Source of the DNA: a virus
Taxonomy: Duplodnaviria > Caudoviricetes
Reading direction: 5' to 3' (one strand)
IMG/VR virus record: IMGVR_UViG_3300017913_002464
Coordinates: 1 to 48,006 of that record
DNA: 48,006 nucleotides
Position 1 is the first letter of the stretch; every line of letters starts with the position of its first letter. The position numbers were made by a program, and so were the translations under genes. The notes under the pieces were generated by a model. It worked only from the letters and a program-made list of their open reading frames with translations, made no database searches and was not told where the DNA came from. Below, in pieces: positions 9,818 through 19,120 of the stretch.

Positions 9818-10107
9818 CTTCTCATCCTTGCGATGTCTTTCATGTGTTGTTCGTCAATAATCGGTACTGCATTCGACTTGTGCATAGTCCCTATCCCTTT
9901 AACCAACTGTCCTGTATACTGCATCGGGTCGTGCCGAGCGGCAACTCCAGTTGTGTCGGAGGCACTTCTGTACTCAGGTGTTTCTCGTCGATAAGGTTTT
10001 GGAGAGTTTGATTGAACTGCTCGGATAGTTCGTCGAGAGCTCTTAGTACTGCTTTTCTTTTTTCTACCGCTAGTTGTATGTCGAAGTGATCCATATATCA
10101 TTCCCAT
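9814..10107 (-). CDS. basic hypothetical protein
   Basis: Ends KGIGTMHKSNAVPI; follows the promoter at 10138-10166. Confidence 0.7.
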   Translation of the reverse strand: MGMIYGSLRHTTSGRKKKSSTKSSRRTIRAVQSNSPKPYRRETPEYRSASDTTGVAARHDPMQYTGQLVKGIGTMHKSNAVPIIDEQHMKDIARMRR

Positions 10108-10137
10108 AAATAAAAAATCCCCACTGATTGAAGTAAT

Positions 10138-10166
10138 ATTATACAGCAATCAGCAGGGAATGTCAA
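10138..10166 (-). promoter_or_regulatory. sigma70 promoter TTGACA-17-TATAAT
   Basis: Perfect consensus. Confidence 0.88.
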
Positions 10167-10178
10167 GCATTATTTTTG

Positions 10179-11534
10179 TTAAAGGTCGTATACATCTTCT
10201 TCTGTTTTATGAGATGAACTCTCTTTCTCTTTTGGAGTGAGAGCTGTATCAGGTCCAATCTTTAGAGTTTCCCAATCCATAGTAGAAGTAAAGTGCTTCA
10301 TACTAGCTGATCTCATTTTTACACAGTTGAAACTAATGCATTGATCCTCTTGGTCCCATGTATCGAGAGTGTAAGCCGCGTCTGCCGCATCAAGGATGCC
10401 TTTAGCAAATCTCGCCTCTCCCGTAGCATCAGTTTGATACGGAGAGAAAACAGCACACTCATACTCTTGCGCCATGGATTTCAATGCTTTACTTACTTCA
10501 ATCTGTTCTGTCCAGTCGTACTGACCTCCCCGGGAAGGTAGGTGGGACCGCTTAACCTGGTTGATATAGTCAACAATAATGACGCGAGCGTCCAGTCTAT
10601 GAACTTTTTTGTCAAGCTCTGCTCTAATCTTCGCAATAGTAAGACTAGGATCATAAACAACATCCAACTGCTGAGTCGGGAGAAGCTCATGTTGAGTAGT
10701 TAGTTTACGATGGAACTCGTTGTAGTCTCTAGACTGATTGTTTTTATATTCCTGCAAGCGATCCTGACCATTTTGGAATCGAGCGGCTTGCCATCCTGCA
10801 ACCTTTTCCCACTCAGTGTTGGTAAGGTTTCCAGAACGGATTCTCGAAAAAGGTACGCCAGTAGCAATAGAACAACATCGTTGCAATATCGCTCTACTAT
10901 CCATCTCAATAGTGAAATAGATAGCTGAATGCCCAGACTGAAAGACGTTGTTTGCAACATTTGCACAAGTAATAGATTTACCAGAACCTCTCCTGCCGCC
11001 AACAAGAATAAGATCTCGAGGGCTGAAAGTGATATCCTGATCGTAATCGAGATTTAGACCCAAACCTATTTGCTTGGCACGATCTTCTTCGGGCTCCAAC
11101 AAGTTGATGCGTTGCATACTTTCTTGAGGAGCTTCTAGGTCTACTTTAGTTTCTATATCCAGAACCAACTGATGTAGCTCATCAACTGACTCTTCTGCAT
11201 CTGCAAACAACACCGTGTTGTCGATATACCGATCCAAAGAGTTTAGTATCTCTTTTTGCGTATACTCATTCTTCAAATACTCAAGTAGCGTAGCTGGATC
11301 TACGTCTACGTCAACATCTTCTAAGGCATAGACCTTACTCTTAGTTGCAGGATGACGTATGTTTAGCTTGAGATCATCGAATGAAGGGAACTGGTGGTGA
11401 GTCTCACAATGTTTATCAATTGCCTCATATAGCAGATGGTATTCTGCAGGGAGATACTCTTTACGCAGATAGCTCCACGTCTCAAAGTCTCCCACAGTAA
11501 TACACTGCTTCAACAAAGCACTAGATATATTCAA
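10179..11534 (-). CDS. DnaB-like replicative helicase
   Basis: GGRRGSGKS Walker A, FTIEM, IIVDYINQ, SPYQ. Confidence 0.93.
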   Translation of the reverse strand: MNISSALLKQCITVGDFETWSYLRKEYLPAEYHLLYEAIDKHCETHHQFPSFDDLKLNIRHPATKSKVYALEDVDVDVDPATLLEYLKNEYTQKEILNSLDRYIDNTVLFADAEESVDELHQLVLDIETKVDLEAPQESMQRINLLEPEEDRAKQIGLGLNLDYDQDITFSPRDLILVGGRRGSGKSITCANVANNVFQSGHSAIYFTIEMDSRAILQRCCSIATGVPFSRIRSGNLTNTEWEKVAGWQAARFQNGQDRLQEYKNNQSRDYNEFHRKLTTQHELLPTQQLDVVYDPSLTIAKIRAELDKKVHRLDARVIIVDYINQVKRSHLPSRGGQYDWTEQIEVSKALKSMAQEYECAVFSPYQTDATGEARFAKGILDAADAAYTLDTWDQEDQCISFNCVKMRSASMKHFTSTMDWETLKIGPDTALTPKEKESSSHKTEEDVYDL

Positions 11535-11550
11535 CAGTTCCCCCGAACAT

Positions 11551-11581
11551 AAAAAGGCCGACCTCTACATAGAGGCCAGCC
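11551..11581 (-). terminator. intrinsic terminator after the D5-like gene
   Basis: GGCTGGCCTCT-ATGT-AGAGGTCGGCC-TTTTT on the minus strand. Confidence 0.75.
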
Positions 11582-11599
11582 GCCTACAGCATAAAAAAA

Positions 11600-12316
11600 T
11601 TAAGCTTTTGCAGACTTAGCTGCGCCGTCATAGTCAGCGGCAGTCAAGCCACGACGAGTCAACATAGTCTTGACTCCACGTGCAGTTTTACCGATAGACT
11701 CGGCAATAGCTTCTACAGTCATAGAAGCAACATCTACATCAGCGAGAGGGTCAGCGTTTGCTGGGCCCTTAGTGTTTTCCTGACGAGGAATCGCTTGGAT
11801 ATCGCCAGAACGAAGAAGGCTAAGAGCCTTACCACGAACACTGTTTACAGAACGGCCAAGAGCCTCTGCAATAGCCTCAACGAAAGCGCCATCATTCACC
11901 ATGCCGATGAAAGTATCCTCTTCTTCAGGCGTGTAGGTACGCACAGATTCAGCCTTAGGAGCAGGTGCGACGTGCTCAGTCAACTCCATAGACAAGATTT
12001 TGCCTTGAATTGACTTGGCTGAGAAAGAACCGCCTTCAAAGTGCTCAGCAATTTGAGCATAAGTGTACTGACCAGAGTTGTCAGTAACGAAGGTACGGAG
12101 AGTAGCTTCTTGAGCTTCGCTGAAAGATTTGCCAGCAGCTGCTGAAGCAAGTTCTACTTCAAATCCCATCTTTCGCAGTTTGCTAGAGATAGAACGAGCA
12201 GATGTTTCAAGCTGGTCTGCTGCTTCTGCAACAGTAGCCTGAGATACGGGGCTCTCAGAGCCCACGAAGTCGGTAAGCGCCTGAGTGCGCTCATCTGTCC
12301 ACTTAGGAAGTGCCAT
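11600..12316 (-). CDS. T5 D5-like DNA-binding protein
   Basis: Repeated HTH-like units (ARSISSKL, AKSIQGKI, VNSVRGKA, ARGVKTML); ends LTRRGLTAADYDGA; T5 synteny. Confidence 0.85.
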   Translation of the reverse strand: MALPKWTDERTQALTDFVGSESPVSQATVAEAADQLETSARSISSKLRKMGFEVELASAAAGKSFSEAQEATLRTFVTDNSGQYTYAQIAEHFEGGSFSAKSIQGKILSMELTEHVAPAPKAESVRTYTPEEEDTFIGMVNDGAFVEAIAEALGRSVNSVRGKALSLLRSGDIQAIPRQENTKGPANADPLADVDVASMTVEAIAESIGKTARGVKTMLTRRGLTAADYDGAAKSAKA

Positions 12317-12317
12317 A

Positions 12318-13076
12318 TTAGTTCTCCAAAAAAGAAATTAGGTCTGTAACTATAGTTACGCCAGTGTCTCTGGCTTGTCTAGTTTTTGCGGATTCATTTC
12401 CGCCCTCATTAACGAGGTGTGTGACTTGCTTGGTTAAACTGGATTTTACTTCATACCCAGCCGCGTTCAAGGCCGTAGTAGCTTCGGCTTTCGACTTGAA
12501 ACTCTTCAGTCTACCACTAATACACACAATGCCTTTACTCGCAACAGGAGTAGAGACAGTTTGAGAAAAGTACCAACTATGAGGAAGAACCTCTTGAAAG
12601 TAAGGCAACTCATTTTCTATCCACTCAAGCAAGCTATTAGTAGCCTTTGGGCCTAAACCGGCACGCTCACAAGCGTCTGCATCTATTACAGTAATATGTC
12701 TTACAGTCTCAGACAGCTTCCGTGTTGCCGTGTTCCCGATCAATGGTATGCCAAAGGCAGGTAAAAGGCGCTCAAGGGGAGCGTCAACAGAGTTGGCAAT
12801 CTCTCCCACGAGCTTGTTTGTCACTTTTTCAGAACCCAACGATGCTAAGATACTATCCTGCGAAGAGGTGTAAATTTCGGACGGGCACGTCCAGCCAAGT
12901 TTCTTGATAGATGCAGGGCCGAGACCTTTGATCTTCATAGTTTTGGCAAAGTGTTCCACTGCCTTAGCGTTCTGTGCGGGACACAGATGATTACGGCAGT
13001 ACAAAGAATCATTTACCCATTCTAACTCACTATCACAAGAAGGACAGTTAGTAGGGAAAGTGATTTCTTGAAACAT
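12318..13076 (-). CDS. NAD-dependent DNA ligase subunit B (Zn finger, HhH, BRCT)
   Basis: CPSC...CRNHLC, IKGLGP, GIPLIG, C-terminal BRCT; split ligase as in T5. Confidence 0.92.
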   Translation of the reverse strand: MFQEITFPTNCPSCDSELEWVNDSLYCRNHLCPAQNAKAVEHFAKTMKIKGLGPASIKKLGWTCPSEIYTSSQDSILASLGSEKVTNKLVGEIANSVDAPLERLLPAFGIPLIGNTATRKLSETVRHITVIDADACERAGLGPKATNSLLEWIENELPYFQEVLPHSWYFSQTVSTPVASKGIVCISGRLKSFKSKAEATTALNAAGYEVKSSLTKQVTHLVNEGGNESAKTRQARDTGVTIVTDLISFLEN

Positions 13077-13102
13077 GGACTACTCCGAAAAAGTGAAAAG
13101 AT

Positions 13103-13132
13103 ATTATACGACAGAATTGACCTAAATGTCAA
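13103..13132 (-). promoter_or_regulatory. sigma70 promoter TTGACA-18-TATAAT overlapping the ligase A stop codon
   Basis: Consensus hexamers. Confidence 0.8.
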
Positions 13133-14076
13133 GAACTATTTTTCTCGACGTCCACTCGTCTGACGATCCGTGGAATGATCTCACCGCTGCGTATAACTTC
13201 AACTGAACAACCTATTTCTAGGTTAAGGGAGCGAATGTACTCGATGTTGTGTAGAGTTGCACGGCTCACTAGCGCATCTCCCACTTCGACTGGGCGTAGG
13301 ATAGCAACTGGGCTCACAACTCCCGACTTGCCAACCTGCCACACAACATCAAGTAATTCTGTAATAACCCCATCTTTCTGCTCTTTAAGAGCGAAAGCCC
13401 CTCGGGGGTGGTGAGCTGTATATCCCAGCTTATAAAAGGCATCATAGCTATCTACTCTAAACACCTCGCCATCTGTTGGATAGCCAGTTGCATCGAAGTG
13501 AGTGATAGTATGAAATCCTTGCTGGGCCAAATGATTCATTGCGTCGGAGAGACGCTCATAGGATACGTCGCCTTGTATATCATACGCAACAAAGCGTAGT
13601 TCTTTACAACGCTCACGAAACTCCATATAATCTTTAAGATTAAGCGACCCCGCTGCAAAGTTGCGAGCATTTGGAATCGTATCGGGCGCTACGACCTCGC
13701 CGGTAATCTGAAGGTTGCCCTTGATGCCGACTACATTTGGGACTAGCTCTTCCATCTTCAACGTGATATCACGACCAAGCTGGCCGTCACCACGAGTAAG
13801 AGCTTGAGCTAAGTGACCGTTGACATACTGCAACGACACTGCGGCCCCGTCAAGTTTAGGTGTACGCACCATAGGTGCTGTACTGCCTTCTACCTCATTT
13901 AGATTAAACACCTTTTGCAGAGAATACATACGATACATATGAGGAATACCATCAGTTACCTGATACCCTACCTCTTCGTATCTATACTTTCTTGCAAGCG
14001 CATCAAACTCTTCATCCGACAGAATCGGACTACCATTGTAATACATTGCAGATGCTTTTTCCAAAAAATGATGCAT
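13129..14076 (-). CDS. NAD-dependent DNA ligase subunit A (adenylation plus OB domain)
   Basis: YYNGSPILSDEEFD, PKLDG, TRGDG, RNFAAGSL, RATLHN, RSGEIIP. Confidence 0.93.
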   Translation of the reverse strand: MHHFLEKASAMYYNGSPILSDEEFDALARKYRYEEVGYQVTDGIPHMYRMYSLQKVFNLNEVEGSTAPMVRTPKLDGAAVSLQYVNGHLAQALTRGDGQLGRDITLKMEELVPNVVGIKGNLQITGEVVAPDTIPNARNFAAGSLNLKDYMEFRERCKELRFVAYDIQGDVSYERLSDAMNHLAQQGFHTITHFDATGYPTDGEVFRVDSYDAFYKLGYTAHHPRGAFALKEQKDGVITELLDVVWQVGKSGVVSPVAILRPVEVGDALVSRATLHNIEYIRSLNLEIGCSVEVIRSGEIIPRIVRRVDVEKNSS

Positions 14077-14101
14077 AAAGTTCCCTCACTGAATAAAGTA
14101 T

Positions 14102-14130
14102 ATTATACAGAAAGAAGGAACAAAAGTCAA
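14102..14130 (-). promoter_or_regulatory. sigma70 promoter TTGACT-17-TATAAT
   Basis: Near-consensus with upstream AAAAATAGTTC. Confidence 0.82.
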
Positions 14131-14133
14131 GAA

Positions 14134-14436
14134 CTATTTTGTATAAAGGCCCTCGATGAGATCTGCGAAGTGCTCTTCAATAATTTCCTTACTTTCTGCA
14201 AGTGATATAATCTCTGTTAACCCCTCGAACATATTACGAGAGTTATCAAAGTCTAAAGGCATAGCAATGCCCTCACTACTTGGCTTCCACTCTTCGTCAA
14301 AGTCAAGGTAGTACTTACGTAAATGTAGATACTCTACTCCTCGAAATGAGTTGATAGTAAGGCGAACTTGTACTTCTTTTACTTCATCGTAGTGTATTAT
14401 CTTTTCGTAGATTTCTGGGGCTTGGTATAATTCCAT
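14134..14436 (-). CDS. PC4/YdbC-like ssDNA-binding protein
   Basis: FRGVEYLHLRKYY...WKPSSEGIAM; T5 synteny. Confidence 0.85.
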   Translation of the reverse strand: MELYQAPEIYEKIIHYDEVKEVQVRLTINSFRGVEYLHLRKYYLDFDEEWKPSSEGIAMPLDFDNSRNMFEGLTEIISLAESKEIIEEHFADLIEGLYTK

Positions 14437-14437
14437 A

Positions 14438-14704
14438 CTAAGCCTCGTTCTTCAAAACGGAAGATAGTGGGACAACACTCGTTACATTCGCAGGTTTTAA
14501 TAGGCGATAAGAATCCGTATCCCAACAAAACATTAGGATAGTGTTATCGGACTCCTTAGCTCTATTTTTCTTTTGCTGTATGTAAGGTGTGCTAAAATCT
14601 AATGTGCAGACATTGTATTTTAGTTTATTACTATTTTCACTACGGTAAGTAATAACAGAGTCGCCCTGCTCTCTTACCAAGTCTGCTAGTTCTTCTTTTT
14701 TCAC
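14438..14704 (-). CDS. conserved T5-like hypothetical protein (WYL/Sm-like)
   Basis: GTG start with AGGAG RBS; YNVCTLDFSTPYI...FCWDTDSYR. Confidence 0.7.
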   Translation of the reverse strand: MKKEELADLVREQGDSVITYRSENSNKLKYNVCTLDFSTPYIQQKKNRAKESDNTILMFCWDTDSYRLLKPANVTSVVPLSSVLKNEA

Positions 14705-14761
14705 AATAACTCCTAGTGAAGCGGGTTGGCAGAATCTTCTTCCGTGCCGTCTTCCTAGAAA

Positions 14762-14783
14762 TGCGAAAGGGGCTTACGCCCCA
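14762..14783 (-). terminator. intrinsic terminator or hairpin after the D3-like gene
   Basis: GGGGC-GTAA-GCCCC-TTTC on the minus strand. Confidence 0.6.
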
Positions 14784-14787
14784 AGAA

Positions 14788-15147
14788 TTAGCTGTTTACT
14801 GCTGAAATAACACCTGCAAAGTACATTGCTGCTTTACCTGTCAACTTGCTAACGATCTCTTCGTCAACATCTTGACCAGCATCAGTCAGTGCTGCTGTGA
14901 GCGCTTCAATAGCGGCTGCTTTAGATACACGGCCACCGCCTGTGCTACCGCCTGATGAAGCTGCTTTAGTTGCTGGAGCTTTCTTTACATATACGCCAGC
15001 TTTAGTCAGAACCATACGAACACCGTTTGGTGACTGCTCGAATTGCTCTGCGATCTCTGCGACGATCTCCATGCTGTTCTCTGGAGTTGGGTTAGCGGCC
15101 TCGTATGCTTCGATAACTTCCGCCTTCTGTTCGTCTGTCCACGCCAT
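14788..15147 (-). CDS. T5 D3-like DNA-binding protein
   Basis: MAWTDEQK...SPNGVRMVLTKAGVYVKK...RVSK...SKLTGKAA; alternative in-frame start at 15234. Confidence 0.85.
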   Translation of the reverse strand: MAWTDEQKAEVIEAYEAANPTPENSMEIVAEIAEQFEQSPNGVRMVLTKAGVYVKKAPATKAASSGGSTGGGRVSKAAAIEALTAALTDAGQDVDEEIVSKLTGKAAMYFAGVISAVNS

Positions 15148-15260
15148 TTTACGTTTCCTTCTGTTAGTTGTTAGTGATGCTCCGGGACAAGTACCCGTAG
15201 CCTGTAGTTGTGATAAATAAAATCGGTCGCCCATTGGTTTCCTCAGTTTCAATACTATGT

Positions 15261-15289
15261 ATTATACCTGTATGAGCGATGAAAGTCAA
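15261..15289 (-). promoter_or_regulatory. sigma70 promoter TTGACT-17-TATAAT
   Basis: Near-consensus. Confidence 0.82.
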
Positions 15290-15298
15290 GAACTATTT

Positions 15299-15994
15299 TT
15301 AGATACGTGATAAATCGACTCCGTACTTTTCGAGGTGGGATAACTTCCCAAGATCATACGCGAGAGAGTAAGCAGCGTAGCCACCTGTTTCCACGTTAGC
15401 CCATTTTTCTGTATCGTCTCTAATCTCTTCCATAACATATATCGCATAGCATTTACTTCCGTACTTCTTTTCATAGTTGACATCTATAAAGCCTGCTTTC
15501 TCTGCTTGGTAGTCTACTGAAAGCTCATAGTCTACTCTTGCTGGTTTTTGGTAGACTGCTGACCAGACGATTTCTCCGGGCGAGAACGATTCAGAAATGC
15601 AAGACTCAGGGAGTACAGCGACTCCGCTTTCTCTCTCAACTTTCGGGACTCCGACTCGCTCAATGAGAGATCTAACGAATCCACTCGATCTAAATAATCC
15701 TGACGCGATCTCAGCGATGGATTCTCCGGAAAGGTATCGTTCAACTGCTTCACGAATTTCTTCATTTGTTGCTCCTCGTCCTCGATTCTGTTTTTTACGT
15801 AATTCACGATACTCGACTTTATCTTGGTAATCATCAATTATTCTCTGTAGGCGCGTGGTATTGTATGCTATATTCAGCATACTGCATGCTTCCTTCTTGG
15901 AAATTGGTTGCTTTCCATTCAAAAGAGATATTACTTTCTGTATGTTGGAATCCGATAGATTTTCGTGATCTTTCTTCTTTACTCTTCGTACCAA
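15299..15994 (-). CDS. T5 D2-like protein
   Basis: ISKKEACSMLNIAYNTTRL, HTH segment YLSGESIAEIASGLFRS; synteny. Confidence 0.82.
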   Translation of the reverse strand: MVRRVKKKDHENLSDSNIQKVISLLNGKQPISKKEACSMLNIAYNTTRLQRIIDDYQDKVEYRELRKKQNRGRGATNEEIREAVERYLSGESIAEIASGLFRSSGFVRSLIERVGVPKVERESGVAVLPESCISESFSPGEIVWSAVYQKPARVDYELSVDYQAEKAGFIDVNYEKKYGSKCYAIYVMEEIRDDTEKWANVETGGYAAYSLAYDLGKLSHLEKYGVDLSRI

Positions 15995-16064
15995 AAATAT
16001 GCTCCCAGTTTTTGTGAAATTGTTGTGTATCTACTTTTCTGTATGTATCACCTTTACCCGCCAT
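15834..16064 (-). CDS. small hypothetical protein (3' part overlaps D2)
   Basis: MAGKGDTYRKVD...FHKNWEHIFG is a common phage microprotein pattern. Confidence 0.45.
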   Translation of the reverse strand: MAGKGDTYRKVDTQQFHKNWEHIFGTKSKEERSRKSIGFQHTESNISFEWKATNFQEGSMQYAEYSIQYHAPTENN

Positions 16065-16425
16065 TGATAATCCGATCCCGCTCTTCCATGAGCGCTTTTA
16101 GTGCGTTCTCAATCTCAAGTAAACGAGTATCAATAACTTCGTTTTCTACTTGTGCAAGGGCAACACGCTCGTTGATTTCTGTCTCAATGCAGAGAATCAT
16201 CTCAGAAGTTTGCAATTGAGCATTTTTTTCACTGGTGAGATAGCCGGGCCAAGAATAGCCTTCTGTAATGCAGTGAATCTCTGCTCCAGAGAAGTGAGTT
16301 GCATACGGCTCTTCGCCTGCTTTCTTTTTTTCGTAACCTTCTGGGTGGTCTCCAAAAATACCTGCAGACGCAAGTGTAGGTACAAATAATAACGCTAACA
16401 TTAGTTTATCTTTCACGTGGATCAT
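16054..16425 (-). CDS. hypothetical exported protein with C-terminal coiled coil
   Basis: Signal-like LMLALLFVPTLASA; heptad C-terminus. Confidence 0.6.
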   Translation of the reverse strand: MIHVKDKLMLALLFVPTLASAGIFGDHPEGYEKKKAGEEPYATHFSGAEIHCITEGYSWPGYLTSEKNAQLQTSEMILCIETEINERVALAQVENEVIDTRLLEIENALKALMEERDRIINGG

Positions 16426-16705
16426 CTCCTATCATCATACGTAGATACCAAATGGCTTTTTCTACGTCTTGTTTTTTATTCTGCTTGTTCTTGCAGCGCC
16501 AAATGTATTTGAACGCATTAAGATGGCAATACTCCTCAAACCCCTCGTCTGAAGTGATTTGTTTCATTGCGTCGATACACTCAACCCCGTCGCGATTATA
16601 ATGTGCAGGACTATTTACTGGGTCATGCACTAGTTTAGCAGGCCCCTTAAAACTGAGCCCTTGTCCGTCTGCTGTTTTTGTCCAGCCTTCTGATAAATTA
16701 CTCAA
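16406..16705 (-). CDS. DUF3310 / T7 gp1.7-like nucleotide kinase domain protein
   Basis: DPVNSPAHY...VECIDAM...NAFKYIWR...DVEKAIWYL. Confidence 0.88.
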   Translation of the reverse strand: MSNLSEGWTKTADGQGLSFKGPAKLVHDPVNSPAHYNRDGVECIDAMKQITSDEGFEEYCHLNAFKYIWRCKNKQNKKQDVEKAIWYLRMMIGDDPRER

Positions 16706-17904
16706 AACTGTTCTGCCTCCGTTGAATCTGCCATAGCCGCCGTACTACTGCCGAGGGCTGTTGTGATTGCATCAAAGTATCCAACACCTACTTCCTGCTG
16801 ATGTCGAGTTGATGTGTATCCAAACTGTTCTGCTGCAAACTCTGCTTCCTGTAGCTGAGAGTATGCAAACATTCCGCGATCCTTGTACTGACGTGCAAAG
16901 TTAAATACGCCATAGTTTGTACTATGAAAACCCGCCAATGTAATGAACTGAAACTTAAAGCCCATTTTTCCAAGTTCATACTGAAAGTCTTGCAGTTCCT
17001 GATCTCCAGGAATAGACTTTCTCCAGTTAAAGGAAGGAGAACAGTTGTATGCTAACATTGCGTCCGGGCAAGATCCTTTTACTGCGTCAGCAAACCGTCG
17101 AGCTTCTTTGAGACAGGGCTTGCTTGTTTCACACCACACGAGATCTGCGTATTCTGCATATGCAGCCCCACGTTCACATCCCATCTCAAGTCCGCCTTCA
17201 ATCTGCCAAAATCCGTCAGCAGTACGGTCTCCGGACATCCACTTGTAGTCTGCTTGGTCGTAGTCGCTAGAGAGGAGTCTGGCTGACTCGGCATCAGTCC
17301 GAGCGACGACCAAAGTATCAACCCCAGCAACGTCAGCAGCAAGACGAGCGGCGTTAAGATTGCGGATAGCATCACTAAGAGGTATAAGGACTTTTCCTCC
17401 AAGGTGACCGCATTTTTTGGCGGACGCAAGCTGGTCTTCAAAATGGACACCAGCCGCCCCAGCTTCGATGAGATTTCTAGCCAATTCATAACTATTTAGT
17501 ACTCCTCCAAATCCTGCTTCTGCGTCTGCAATAATGGGTGCAAACTCAAAGCCAGTACCACTTTCTGCATACTGGATTTGGTCAGCACGACGGAAAGCGT
17601 TATTAATGTTACGCACAACATTGGGTACAGAATCCACACTATAAAGAGACTGGTCAGGGTATACTTCATTGTTTGTGTTAGCTGATGCAGCGACCTGCCA
17701 GCCTGAGCAATAGATTGCTTTAAGACCTGCTTTGACGTGCTGTACAGCCTGCTGACCGTTGTACGCTCCAAATGTATGAATGTAAGGGTTTTCTGCAAGA
17801 AGCATACGCATTTTGTTTGCCATTTTTCTTGCAAGTGTATGTTCAATATCCATTGTGCCCTGAAGTTTTCTTACATCTTCACGGCTGTAGTTTCGTTTTT
17901 TCAC
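16702..17904 (-). CDS. aceA: isocitrate lyase
   Basis: [28 protein letters not shown], catalytic [37 protein letters not shown]. Confidence 0.97.
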   Translation of the reverse strand: MKKRNYSREDVRKLQGTMDIEHTLARKMANKMRMLLAENPYIHTFGAYNGQQAVQHVKAGLKAIYCSGWQVAASANTNNEVYPDQSLYSVDSVPNVVRNINNAFRRADQIQYAESGTGFEFAPIIADAEAGFGGVLNSYELARNLIEAGAAGVHFEDQLASAKKCGHLGGKVLIPLSDAIRNLNAARLAADVAGVDTLVVARTDAESARLLSSDYDQADYKWMSGDRTADGFWQIEGGLEMGCERGAAYAEYADLVWCETSKPCLKEARRFADAVKGSCPDAMLAYNCSPSFNWRKSIPGDQELQDFQYELGKMGFKFQFITLAGFHSTNYGVFNFARQYKDRGMFAYSQLQEAEFAAEQFGYTSTRHQQEVGVGYFDAITTALGSSTAAMADSTEAEQF

Positions 17905-18500
17905 TTTGCTGTAATCCTCTGTTCGTAGTCAGCAAGAGACTCATCCCACCAAGGGGGAGTTGGTCGATGAGACCAACTGGCGAAAGTAGCCTTGTCAAGA
18001 TGATAATAGTCACGGTAAGACTGTATTGGATCATCATAGTTCTTGAGTATGTCAGGCATCGCAAGTCCAAACGTGGTAAACCCCACTCGTTTAATGTTGA
18101 CTGGGTCAGGCAGTTTGTTGATAACCTGCCAGAATGACTTGTGTTCTTTGCCGTAGCGATACCGAAATTCCTCTGCGAGTGCATGAGCATAGCACCATGT
18201 CCACTCATAGTTGTCTAGTGATGATCGAGTCCATATCGTGCAGGGATGATTGTACATCATGCCGAGATACGGTGTAAGTTTACGCTCTTCGGGTTTCAGA
18301 GGCTTCTCAAGTTTTTTGTATTCGTTGAGTACCGCAGCTTCATCTTTTTCGAGAGCCCGGGGTATAAAACCTAGCAAGCGGTCCACCCAAATGGCAGTAC
18401 ACAATAACTGTGCAGCTTCTAGTATCATTTTGTTGACGTGCTTGTCAACGTGATACTCAGCACACTTGTCTAGGTCTTTGTCAAGATAAAATAAGTTCAT
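17901..18500 (-). CDS. pyrimidine dimer DNA glycosylase-like protein
   Basis: MNLFYLD...[15 protein letters not shown]...NHPCTIW...[10 protein letters not shown]...YRDYY. Confidence 0.85.
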   Translation of the reverse strand: MNLFYLDKDLDKCAEYHVDKHVNKMILEAAQLLCTAIWVDRLLGFIPRALEKDEAAVLNEYKKLEKPLKPEERKLTPYLGMMYNHPCTIWTRSSLDNYEWTWCYAHALAEEFRYRYGKEHKSFWQVINKLPDPVNIKRVGFTTFGLAMPDILKNYDDPIQSYRDYYHLDKATFASWSHRPTPPWWDESLADYEQRITAK

Positions 18501-18506
18501 AATGTA

Positions 18507-18535
18507 ATTATACTTGAAATACGATTAAATGTCAA
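18507..18535 (-). promoter_or_regulatory. sigma70 promoter TTGACA-17-TATAAT, probably producing a leaderless mRNA
   Basis: Perfect consensus; ATG 6 nt after the -10. Confidence 0.85.
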
Positions 18536-18538
18536 GAA

Positions 18539-19120
18539 TTAATTACCCTCTCGCAGCTTATTTAAAATGTATGCAGGATCTGTAAACATATAAGGATCCT
18601 TCTTGTGATTATCTTCTCGACCTTCTTCAATGAACCAATCTGTAATATGTCCATTCTCGACTACCGCTGCATAGCGCCATGAGCGACGTCCAAAGCCAAG
18701 ATTGTCTTTATCTACAACCATTGACATTGCTTCAGTAAAGTTTGCATTGCCATCAGGAATAACTTGTACTTCTTTCAGATTGTTTGCTTTCGCCCAGGCA
18801 TTGCATACAAATGCATCATTTACTGTGAAACAGTAGATTGAGTCAATGCCTTCTGCATAGATTTCAGGCGCTAACTGCTCAAACGAAGGCAGTTGGTAGG
18901 TGGAGCAAGTTGGAGTAAATGCTCCAGGAAGTGAAAAGAGTAGAACTCGTTTGTTAGAAAACAAGTCCCACGTAGTTACTGATTTCCAGTCATATTGATC
19001 TCGTGTACCATCGTAGATACGAGTTTGAAATGTTACTGCTGGAATAAGTTCTGGTAAACAACGCCAGTAGCCACGCTCTTCGTATTCGTGGCGCTCGTGT
19101 TCGGTACAATAAATAGCCAT
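18539..19120 (-). CDS. peroxiredoxin (Prx5/redoxin family)
   Basis: FSLPGAFTPTCS, VNDAFV, PDGNANFT, GFGRRSWRYA. Confidence 0.94.
   Translation of the reverse strand: MAIYCTEHERHEYEERGYWRCLPELIPAVTFQTRIYDGTRDQYDWKSVTTWDLFSNKRVLLFSLPGAFTPTCSTYQLPSFEQLAPEIYAEGIDSIYCFTVNDAFVCNAWAKANNLKEVQVIPDGNANFTEAMSMVVDKDNLGFGRRSWRYAAVVENGHITDWFIEEGREDNHKKDPYMFTDPAYILNKLREGN

Noticed and set aside
13129-13143. Several ORFs ending in KNSS or KKSS, suggesting a shared C-terminal tag
   Set aside because: This is a by-product of the promoter motif AAAAATAGTTCTTGAC supplying the stop codon
12318-14076. NAD-dependent ligase in two pieces as a possible pseudogene or intron-split gene
   Set aside because: A two-subunit ligase is the normal T5 arrangement; both halves are intact with their own start signals
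16409-16424. parS-like TCTTTCACGTGGATCA
   Set aside because: Two mismatches, not palindromic, and inside overlapping coding sequence; plausible by chance
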